Shown piece after piece: positions 14,501 to 26,500 of a DNA stretch of 64,000 nt. The notes below the pieces were generated by a model. The model made no database searches. It was not told the DNA's origin and worked only from the letters and a program-made list of their open reading frames with translations. The translations under genes were made by a program, and so were the position numbers. The stretch's first letter is position 1, and every line of letters starts with the position of its first letter. The DNA comes from Daphnia carinata (taxonomy: Eukaryota), in assembly GCF_022539665.2 (NCBI RefSeq), contig NC_081331.1:11284001-11348000 (forward strand). The letters are read 5' to 3'.

Positions 14501-17500
14501 ATCAATTTTTCATTTTATACTTTCCAATTGCTTTTTCACTTTCTCCCGAACTTTGAAAACGTCAGTTTATGTTTGCGTTTTTCACGGGACTGGATATAGA
14601 CAACATTGGGATGAAGGTTAGAGGAGCCTATCAACCGTCTGGCGGATGTTGTTCAGCTGTGACTCGATTACTCTCTTCTACTCCTGAGGAGAGACCTTCT
14701 TGGCAATGCTTATAAATAGATCTGCGCTAGTCTAAAGGGAAAAAACTAACTCTATTGGTCCTTTAGACTGGAACTTTCTACAGACCTATAGACTATTTTT
14801 CGACTCGGCGTCTGTGGGTCTCGCCCCAATAATTGAAGTCAGTTCAATATGTATATACTATATTCAGCCGGAGAAAAAGAGAAGCTTGGACAGGCCCCTC
14901 TCGGTGCCATATTCCTCCACATTTTTTTTTTTTTTGAAGACGTTCGTGTGCCAAAACGGAAGGAAAACGGGAATTGAAAAGAAACACATATTACACGCCG
15001 TACGGACGCTTTTATACAGACGAATCACGGGGGCGGGAGAAGAAAAAAAAAATAATATGTTTATTCAATCCATCTATAGTCAGAGTCGTACTTGACGATG
15101 CGCCCCCCCCCTCCCCCCAAAAAAATATTTGCTTTGTATAGATATATTTTTTTTTTTCGTGTAGATGTAACATAGTGATCGCCTACTTCCCCTCGACGTG
15201 CATTAGCATATCAATAAATGTCAAGATTTCGAGCCGATAGTCTTGTTGCTGGCATGCCCATCTGATTTTGCGTCTACACAATAGCGGCCGAAAAAGGAAA
15301 ACATCCCTAACGTAGGAGTTTGTTGCTATTTCGTGATTTTGGTACAAAGTCGTCCTTGGTGAACTCTGAACTTTTTGTGTAACTATACACTCGCGTTTGA
15401 ATGCGTATTCAACACACGGCAGGAGGGTGGAAGTCATCCATGATAATATCCCCAATTTTTGTTCATTTCTTTCGTTTGTGTCGTTTTCTCTTTTCCTAAC
15501 AAAAAAAAAAAAATCGAAGTTCGTTAAAGAAAAGTAGCATTTTGCATTAAGCTGAATTCTGTACTAAAAAAAAACACGCACAAATTGCATAGAAAATTCG
15601 TTCTCAAACTCTTTTTTTCTGTCCCATTCAAAGACGAGAAAATTATAATAATAGCATACATCTGAAACTCGTCGTCATGCAATTGGCTTTTATCTCCTTT
15701 AGTCTATTGCTTCTTTTTTTTTTTTTTTTTTTCTTCGAAATTCTAGACATATGTATACATCAAGCCTCTCTTCACCCCCCCATGTGTTTCGTGCAGCATC
15801 TTTTACGCAACGTGTGGTGTATAGTTTGTCTTTACGAAAAAAACAAAATAGCGTCCCGATCTAAAGTTCCCCGCCGTTGCTAACGGAGCCTCACATACAT
15901 TTTCCTATTTTTTTTTTTTTTTTTTAACAGTTTGCCTGTAGATGGTCGTCAGCGAGGCGCTCTGTAGGAGGCTCACGACATGCTTATCTTAATCATAATA
16001 TAAACTTTAGCGCAGCAGTTTTGGGGATGGTTTCAACTTTGATTTGTAATCGTCGTTTCAAATGTTCGCGGGTCTTTTTCCCATGGATTTCTCGGACTCG
16101 ATTTCTCCTTAGTTGTGTGTTTGCAAAAACATAAAAAAAAAAAAGAAAAAAAAAGAAAAAGAGAGAGATGAATATGTGTATACTTAATACGATGTGGAGA
16201 GGTTTTGTATTTCTTCTTTAACCGCCAACAGTGGCGCACCTTGACAACCTTGCGTCTTCTTATATCTCTTTCCCGGGAGAAAAGAGAGAGGGCCGGATGC
16301 CGGGCTTTTCGTAAATAATGGCTCCTCAAAAGATCAAATTGGACTCTTCTTTTTTTTTTTTTTTTCTTCTATTCCATGTGTACACATCTTTGTTTATTTT
16401 TTTTCCCCTCCAGACTTGTTTCTCGAGACCGAATGTCGGCAACATGGGTTTCTTCATTACACGGAGCGAAACGAAAGACGAGAATCGCAAACTCACTCGA
16501 GATGGGCTAGAAAGGATTGTGTGGAGGAGCAAAAAAAAAAAAAAAAAAGGAACAATAAGGAAGCGAAAGTAACAGTATAAGAAGCCAAAACAGCGACACA
16601 AACCCGATGGATCCGTATCCAGTTACCTGCTTCTTAATTCGATCGTCGACCTTTTGCTTTGACGTTTCATCAGAGAATACTCAGCGTCTGCATTACGTGC
16701 TAGACGCAATCACCGCTCGAGTCCTCTTGTGGGAGTAACTTGATTTCAACACAGACTGAGAATTGTTTCAATGAAAAGAAAACGGTAGAGTAGACTACAA
16801 AATTGACTTGGGGAAAGGAGGAAATCATTTTTCGTTTTTGACGAAGTTCCGCGGGGTTTCAAGTTCCCACTTTTTCGAAACAATGGGTACATGCGGGCAT
16901 AATTGGAAACTGCCCGACAATCTGGACGAAGCCTTTTTTGTGTTAAAAATTTTTTTTTTTTTTGAAAACAATTGTTAGCTACTGCTCTTCTTGATGCTAA
17001 ATGCTAATTAGCGTGAACAAGTTTCCGCCCGCTTTTTTTTTTCTTACCCTCCGACTGCCCCTCTTTTACAGCACTTGCTCGCAGACTCGGGACACGTATG
17101 AACAAGAAGCTCAACAGCAGCAAACTTCTATGTGAAGTGGAATGGGATTAATTACATATTGAATGGAGGGTGGCTCGGGCAATTGCTTGCTACGTTATTA
17201 CGCAATTTGGATGTGCTTTTCTCTTCTTTTTCGCCCCCTTCCCCCTTGTCTGGAAAGCTGAGACGCCTTCAGCGGTCACAATCCAATTCAGGGACGATGA
17301 TATGCTGATACGTTCGTTTCCCATAGCGCCATCTTGTCATTATAAGACTTCTTATGTCTGTCTATAGATACACACCACACTATAAAAAAAAATAAGCAAC
17401 AAAAAAAAAAAGAAAAAGGGTTAAATAACTGTGTATTGCGACTACCCTGTCTCAAGAGGACTGTGTAGTCGTAGACATGTAACTAAGCGTATAAGGAATA

Positions 17501-20500
17501 TATCGATTGCATGTAAACGTATAAAAGCCACACTTGCGTTTACACGTTCGAACATCGTCTCAGAGGATTGCAGAAGGTTAATCCGGAGCAAAGTGGAACA
17601 AGGTTTGCTTTTTTCTTTCTTAGATCTTGAAAGGCAATTGATTGGCGTCGTTTCTTAACGGGATGGAATAAGCGTGATCTAACAGCTGTTATGTGTTAGC
17701 CTCAAAATTCTGTACAATTATGGCCGCGCCAAAAAATCGTTTCGAAAAGAAACCAAAAATTGTTGAGGTTGTTGTGATTGTCCGTGTAAACAACCAGACA
17801 GGCTATAAGAGAAGTGGATATTAGTTATGCTAGATAGGATTCACCTTTATGGCTCGCCATGTTTAGTGTGCACGTGATTGATTTATCTCGACAGCTATAA
17901 AACTGCAGTAGTCTGAACCGCCGTTAGCCAATTTACTTTGACTTGTATCTCTCCTCCACTCGACGTATAACCATTTTCTTCCATTTTTTTCTTTCGTGGT
18001 CATTAAAAAAAAAAAATTTGAGAAAGACGAACGAGCGCTTTTTATTGAGACTTTCGTGTGTGTATATAGGATTATGTATGCGGCATAAAAGAAACTTAGA
18101 AACGCTGTAAATAGCCGCTAAATAAATCCCTTGTTCAAGATTTTTTTTTTTTCTGAATGCATACAGCGACCGATGCATGTATATGTATATGACAAAATAG
18201 CCCATGAAACAGCTGTAACCGCTTAGATCATTAAGTACGGCGAGAGCAGACAGCTTTATTACCCGCCTTCTTTCTTTCACTATATCTTTCGAAAAAAAAA
18301 AAAAAGCCAAAACAATTCGTTTTCGTCGAGACCTAGACTTTGTATCGCATTACTCTCGTACCTCTTCTACAAAATATGGAACATCGAACGTCAGCTGACT
18401 TAAACAGCCGTTTAAAAAAAAAAAGACTCACGACGTGAACCTGATACTTTCCTGATTATGCAAACTTGTACAGCTCCGCGGAGCACATCACATTTTGCCT
18501 TGACATTGAAACTCATTTGATTTTTTAATTTCCATTTTCACGATGGCCTGCGTGTGTAATGCAGCAGACGGACGGAAACGCGGCCGCCTTCGCCGTCAGC
18601 TGGGATTGCAGCGCCGAGTTTGACGCCACGTCGGAGAAGGATATGAGTTTCCTGTCTGCCGATTCCTTCGTCTCCTTCGGCGGCACCGGCATCGCCAAAA
18701 CGGGATCCGCCATCCGGTTCCAGCTCAAGACGCAAAGTAGAGACTGCGTTTTGCTCTACAGCAGCGGACCGCCGGCCAAACCGGATTTTGCGGCCGTCGA
18801 ACTCGTCGAGGGACATTTGCGGGTCAGTCTCGACGCTGGCGGCGGAAGCGCCGTCGATCTCTTCAGCGACCAGGCCGTCAACGACGGACTTTGGCACCAG
18901 GTGGAGCTCCACTTGGCCGCCGGAACTGTCGAGCTGAAGATCGACGGCCGGTCCAGCTCCAGCAGCAGCAGCAGCGGTCGTGATTCGGGATTTTTAACAT
19001 CGTCGCCGTCTAATAAATATCTTGAACTGAGCGGACAAATCTATTTGGGTGGAGTCGAACCTGTCCGTCACGGAAGAGCTTTAGCACAAGGCGTGCGGAC
19101 GGCCAATAGCAGCCTACGCGGTTGCATCCGCCGTTTGGAATTGGACGGCCGTTTGTTAGGCTTACGCGATGCCCGCGTGACACGCCATGTTTCCGCCGAC
19201 TGCCAATGGCATTATCCTTGCATTTCAATCAACCCGACGCCTTGTGTCGACGGCGCCCAGTGCTTCCAGGATGGCCTGGATCATTTCCGCTGCGAGTGTC
19301 CCAACCAGCCGTGCACCAAACCGGAATTCATCAACTACCGGGCGAGCGTCACCAGCAGCAGCAGCACGTCCGTCATCACGGGACCGACTTCCGGAACCAG
19401 TTCCGACACACAACCGCCTGTCCTCAATCTTTCTCCAGTTCAGGTCAGTCGATATATCTTTCTTTAAATATTGTATTCAACGCTGCAGCATTGAATTCGT
19501 GGACAGATTGTCAAGGAAGTTTCAATTTCCACGTTTCATGCATTTTTTTCAAAAGACGTGCCTTCCTTTTGGCCGTGATAGGCCGTTTATTGTGTACAAC
19601 ATGTTTGCTGGGCTGTTCAATTTCCTGTTCGTTTCATATTCCTTAAACTAACACGACCAGCCCACTGATGAAACGGCTTTATTAACATGCTGCTGTTTTA
19701 TTCAATGCAGGTGACGGAAGGAGGTTCGATGACGTTGACGTCGCGTCACTTGCAAGTGCAGCTGGATTATGAAAAATTCGGGGTCCGCGAATCTGGTGTC
19801 ATGTTCCATGTTGTCAGACCGCCACAGTACGGCCGTCTGTTTTCGACACTATGGCGTCGGGCTGATGAAGCCACTTTCACTTTACTGGACGTACATAGTG
19901 ATCGAGTGCGTTACGTTCACGACGGGTCGGAGACGTTGCGCGATTCCGCTTTACTCGAACTGGAACTCGCGCCAAGGCAAGGATTCCTCCTGCCGGCTTA
20001 TTTGCAGAAAAGGCAGAGATTCGTTCTTCATTTGGCCGTCAGTCCAGTCAACGATCCTCCAGAGCTTTCGCTGTCACCTGGGAAAGCTGTCCTCCGATTG
20101 GTGAAACACACACGCAAAGCGCTGACACAAGAACTCCTATCGGCTTTCGATCCGGATAATCAGCCCAAAGATCTCCTCTACTCTGTTCTGAATTCCAAGA
20201 GCGACGGAGATATGGAAGGTAAACAATTTAATAAAACTACAAAAAAAAGAACAAAAAAAAAGCATTCATTATAATTAAGCTTTAACGAGGTAATTGCGTG
20301 AGCAAAGTGGATAGTCAAGTCGAAATGCGATCATCAAAAATATCATTACGAAATTTGAATATGTAATTAGTCAGGATAGTGAACGATAAAAAAGGTAATC
20401 TAGAAACTATGGGATCAAGATGGCGTGTAATTACTGTGGGCTATAGCCTAAACCGAATGTAGCGTGATGGTGGGGTGTAAGCGAGTTGTGAAACTCAGCC

Positions 20501-23500
20501 CGATTTTCGCTGCTCTTAATTGTCTACGTTTATTCCGCACAGACGCGTACGCACACCCGCCGTCATTACGCCTCATCATCAAAAGCCGTGAGCGAAGCAT
20601 ATCTTTGCTAATAGAGAGAGGGCGAGCAGCTAAAGTTTCAAAGCTCTCATCGACTAACTTTGGGTGTGTTGCAAGAACTGGCAGCTCTACATAGGAGGAA
20701 ACGTGCAAGCATGCTTAAATGGCCATAAATCGCTGACGGGGCGCGGACTACAGCACAGCTGTTTCTTTCTGAAAGCACGTCATGTTGCCGAGTCCAGGCC
20801 ATTTGATACTTTTGCAGACAAAAGGCCAAGAAGAGAGATGAGATGCGTGAAAGGGGCAATACAGAGAAAGGGCAGGGTAGCAGAATCTGATGTTCAGATA
20901 CACGGGGGATAAGTTCCAGTCAATTCCTTTTTTTTTTTTTTTTTTGGCTCATTTTTTAAGAGCGGCTGAGGTATATATGCGAGCGGGTCGGAGATCATAC
21001 CTCTTGAGTTGGCTGTAGAATTTGAAACTATTTCATCCATATGCAAATTTTTTTTTTTTTTCTACCGTATTTTTTTATTTACTGCCGTTGGAGCTAATCA
21101 ATTTTATATACTGGAGCGTGATGTGTGGATGGCGGTTTCACGACAGGCGTTTCACCCGTTGTCATCACCCCTTTAGATCCCTCCAGTCGTTAAATGACAA
21201 GACGGTATTTTTTTTCCTTTCCCTCTCTTCGTTTAATTCCACAGTTCGTCTTTTTGTATCTTTCTGCGTGTCTGCTCCCTTTTTTTTTTCTTTTTACTGC
21301 TCGCATCCAGCATGGAAGTTTGATCGAATTCCATCTGACAAAGACACAAATTTTGTTCAACTATTACAGTCCGAAGAGTGTGTCTAGCTGAGAAATATTT
21401 CAAAGGAAAGAGGACGACGACAGCTTAAAAAACGGAGATGTTTAAAAATCCTGTAAAAGTAAAGAAGCAGGGGGGGGGGGGGGAATATATCAAAGAATTC
21501 CAACAAAAGAAAGGGAAAACGAACTATTGAAAAGAATTCAAAAATTAGCTGTTGGCTAGGATAGTCGTTCCTGTCTGAGTGTAACAAGTGCGAGATATGT
21601 CGTCATTCCACGCTTTTTTTTTTTTCCTTGCTAGCTTCTTTATTTTCATTTTGGATCGTGATGCCACGCGTGATTTGACTTGGCACGTGAATAAAACTTG
21701 GCACTGATATTTCGTTATATCAAAGCAAAAGATTTTATTTCTTTATTTTACAACTGTTGTGACATCCTCATTGATGGGCAACGGTCACCGATCTCGCTTG
21801 ATCTATTTTCGTCCCTTTCCCGGGGCCATCTAGTATACGTTTCACGCAGGAGAGCCAATCACGAATCGCTCGTAAAATTTAATACAGGTTTTTTTTTTTT
21901 TTTTAACTTTTTACCTGCTTTCTCGTGAAAAATAGCAACCTGAATATTCATCATAAGGAAAAGATGATCTATTTTTTTTATGGTTGTCTGGCGTAACGTT
22001 TCAATTCAATTTAACGAGCTTGAAACTTTTTGGCGTGTAGACGAACATTTGGAAAACGAAATGCGTATTGTTGACCCATAGTTCGTACAACATAAAGTTA
22101 AGCTACGCTAGACTGCAATCGTCATGGCTACCTTTTCTTTTTTGTTACTTACTTGATAAAAACATTCATAACTTGCTTGTTGTTGCCAGAGAAAGTGTCT
22201 AATCAACAACTTTAAATCCGCTGTTGCCATGGCGATCTCATTAACCATACGGAATCAAACCTCTAACATGATTGCCACTGTTACAGGTTCTATCGAGAAC
22301 AAAATTCAACCAGGTGTGGCGATTAGCACCTTTACTCAAGAGGATGTCAATCAAGGAAGGATCTGGTACGTTCATCGAGGTTCACCTAATGGAAGATTGG
22401 CGTTGCGCGTGTCGGACGGAGCGGAGAGCGGACCGACGGCTGTGCTACGAATCGCCGCGTTCGACCTGCAACTATTCCTGGCCAACAACACGGGCCTTGT
22501 GGTGCCGGTTAACGGTTCAGCCGCACTGACAGCGGCTAATCTAACGTTCAGCACCAACGCTCCTGACCAAGAGCTGGACATTCGTTACGACATTACCAGG
22601 CCGCCGCAACACGGGCAGATTCAAGCGTGGAGATCTGGCCGTTGGCAATCGATCAACTGGTTCAATTCGGGCCAGTTGCAGCGTAATGAACGCATCCGTT
22701 ACGTTCATCTCCCGACTGGATTTCAACCACCGGCTAGTCAAGATGATTTCCAATTCTCTGTTTCTGTTGCTCTGGAAGTAGCGGAAGTCTTCCGCTCGCC
22801 CATTATGTACCAGTTCCGCTTCCAACTGCTGGATGCCGTTTTACGTGAGGAAAATAATCGTGGCTTGAGCATCGTCGGCGGATCAACTCAGTCGGTTGCC
22901 ATCGGCAGCGCTCTGTTGAAATTCGTAGTTGAACCTCAGTCCAACGCGGAAGAAGAAGTTGTTTACACTCTGATGGATCCGCCTCTTTACGGATCGCTGT
23001 GGGTTCAATCGCAATCGAATCCATTGGACACGGGATCCAAATGGTCGCAGAGTGTCCTCAATTCGCAGCGGCTTCAGTACCGGTTAGCGCGTCGCACGTT
23101 GTCATCTTTGCGGGATCACTTTAGTTTCCGCGTTACTTCATCCGGACTGGCATCGGATTTGAAACGTTTCGAGATAAACTACAACCCCGGAAATGATACG
23201 CCGACTGTCACAGCCACTATCGGCGAGTTATTGGTTAACGAAGGCGAAACTGCTGTGTTGCAGGTCAGCCTTTTGGGCTTCTCGATCCCGTTGGCCATCA
23301 ATTATACTGTGCTGGAGAAACCAGCCTACGGCCAACTCAATTTGCTGGACGTCGGTAAACGATCCGTGATGCGTAAAGACATCAGCTGGTTTAGCTCGGA
23401 CGATCTAACTGATCAGAGGATCGTTTACACGCACGACGACAGCGAATCCATCACCGATAAATTCGTGTTTCTCGCCCGTCCGCGAGTCTCGCCAGATGAT

Positions 23501-26500
23501 CCCTCCGAGGATTTCCAATACGTTGGCACGTTTCCCATCCGTGCGCACATGAAGAATGATAATCCGCCGTTGCGTGTGGGCGATCAAGTCCTGCGCGTCG
23601 TTACCAATGGCGAACGTCGACTCACTTCAGACATCTTAAGGTAATTTCTCGTGATCTTTATATGATTTTTTTTAGTCCGTTTGTTTTATTTGCCATCCAA
23701 TTTTTATCTATTACGTGCAGATACATCGATCCAGATGTGGATACTAGCCCGGCTAGCATTGTTTATTCGCCACGTGGAGTATCGAATGGAGCATTCTACC
23801 TAACGGACAGACCTGACATTCAAGTAAAAACAATCGCACGTTTCCACTTATTTTTGAGAGCTTCTCCAAACAGCGTGATGGCATCTTACCAGATATTCGT
23901 GTTAAACTAGCGATCATAGAAAAATCGTGGCCAATCCTTTTTGTTTTTCGCCACGAAATTCAAAAACGAATGGATCCACTTCAATACGTAGCGTGCTTAT
24001 TCAATCGCCAGTTTTTATCGGCGATGGTCGAGACATTTTAAATTCTAGGGTATACGTATACTCATTTCATAAACGTGATGTGATATTTATGACTTGGTGG
24101 GCATTGTGCCAAGTCTTTATCCGCCTTTTTAAATATTGTTCCCTTTTTTTAAGGTTTTCCAATTCAGCCAGGATGATGTCAACGAAGGGAAAATCCTCTT
24201 CCGCCATGCTGGAAGCCCATACGGCCGCACGACGCTGTAAAATTATTCATTCGTTTATTGGTGTATGGTTTTCTAACGTTTCAACGATATATCCATCAGG
24301 TGGATAACGGATAATCAGTATCACGTTACCGGAACGCTGGAAGTTCAGGCGTCTGAGCCTTTTCTTGAACGAGTTAACCAAACAAGATTGATGGTTCGTC
24401 GTGGTTATTTTGCCGCTCTGAGCATCGATCAACTTGGCATGGTGTCTAACCTTGATTACGACTCCAACGAGCTGGCCTTTTACTTGCTGGATCAGCCACA
24501 GCACGGCTCAGTGCAGGTGAACGGCTCTTCCATTTTGAAGATGGAATCTTTCACACAAGAAGAACTTCTTTCGGAGAAAGTCACATATCAAAGCAAGAAT
24601 CAGACGGAAGGGAAAGATTGGTTTAAATTACGTGCTGTCCTCAGAAGAGTCGAATACGAATGCATCGTCGAAGTTCGAATTTATCCAGAAAGTTACTGGC
24701 AAACGTTGAAGGTCCTTCACAATGAACTGGTCACCGTGGAAGAAGGTAAATTTACATAATTGTTTAATTGAATTTTGGGGTGTACCCTAGTCTTGCTGTT
24801 TAAAATTCAACAGGCACAAGTTTCACAATCGACGCGTCTTCGTTGAAAATTAGTCATCCCCAAGGCGTGAATAGACAAGACGTGACTTACATCGTTCATC
24901 AGCCACCGTTGCACGGCTATTTGGAGGTGGATCGAGATGAAAACGAGTACGAGGATCTAGTGACTGGCCGTAGTGCTAATTTGCTCCCACCTGAAGTGCA
25001 TGTTTTTGATCAGAGCGCTATCGATGAGCAGCGTTTGCACTACATCCAATCTGGTGCTAATCAAAGCTCCGACCACTTTGTTTTCGATGTAACAAACGGT
25101 GTCGTTACGTTGACCAATCTGACTTTTCAATTGGCGATTATCCCGAAATCCATCTACCTTCTCACTCGACCTATCGAGGTTCTCGAAGGCGGACACGCCG
25201 TTCTGACCGTCTCCGACCTCAAAATTGTGACACGCTACTACGCAGACAAGGTCGACGCTTTCTTAGTCACCAAACTGCCCATCCACGGCAATCTTCAACT
25301 GAAGAGCGCTGCAACCCATGATGAGCCATTGACTCGGTTTACTTATTCGCAATTAATCGAAAAACAAGTTCTGTATTGGCACGATGGAAGCGAAGAGGCC
25401 AACGATACTCTTGACATTGTTGCTTTAGCCGGTACATATCCATGATTTAGTATTCATTTAAAACGAATGATGACCGCCTTTATTATTGTACAGGCAAAAA
25501 GGAAAGCTTACCGGCCACGATTCATATCCAGGTGCGTCCGGTTGACGACGAGAGACCGATCCTCGTTAATAACACGGGCATCTTGGTTTGGCAAGGTTCT
25601 ACCACTGTGTTGGATAAAGCTCAACTCGGTATTGGGATTGCTGTTTTCTTTTCTTATTTGGTTGAAGTTATTATTATTTTTCGAATGATTACAGGCGCTT
25701 CTGATGTTGATACTCTGCCGCAATCGATTGAATTTTCATTCGGCCAAGCTGATTGCGGCTACATGACGTCTGGTTCAAATCTGACTGATCCAGTTACGAC
25801 GTTCACTCAACAACAGATTGACTTACATCAAATTGCATTTGTCCATCAAGGTAAACAGCAAATTAGTTGACGAAGACAACGCTTGATTTTATTTTGGCCC
25901 CACATTCAGGAAAGACCAATTGCACGGTGCCCTTTAATCTGACGGACGGTCAGTCGGCAATGCCCAGTCAACACCATTTGCAGATCAGTGCCCGTAAAAT
26001 GCAAGTGCGCTTGGTGCGCAACCAGCGGCTCCACGTATTCCCCATGATGCAACAGTCAATTACATCCGCCCAGTTACTTGCCGTGACGAGTGGTGACATA
26101 TTGACCAATCGTCAGCAAAACGTGCCTCGATTCCAGGTATCAAGACCACCTCGTCTCGGACGACTCCTCCTCGAACAGGCAGACGGATCCACTAAGAGAA
26201 TCACCAGTTTTACTCAACGCGATCTCAATCAAAGTCTCGTTATCTACGAGCATACAGAGCCTTTCGCCGATGTCAGCGTTAACGACAGTTTCGTCATCGA
26301 CATCATGTCCGACCTCAGCTCACCGCTCCAGCAGCAACAGTTCAACATTGAAATTTCTGTTGCTACAATGGCTGAAGGTGGACTGGACAGATACTTGGTA
26401 ATCAGAACATTAAAGGCTCTTTATATTCAAGAATGAAAGGTCACGATTTCTTTATTTATTAGGTTTGGTAGCCCTTGAAACGGAAGAAGGTGGGACGGCA

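Noticed and set aside
19122..19651. Long alternative-frame ORFs overlapping kon exon 4
   Set aside because: Expected shadows of GC-rich coding sequence; no independent coding features.
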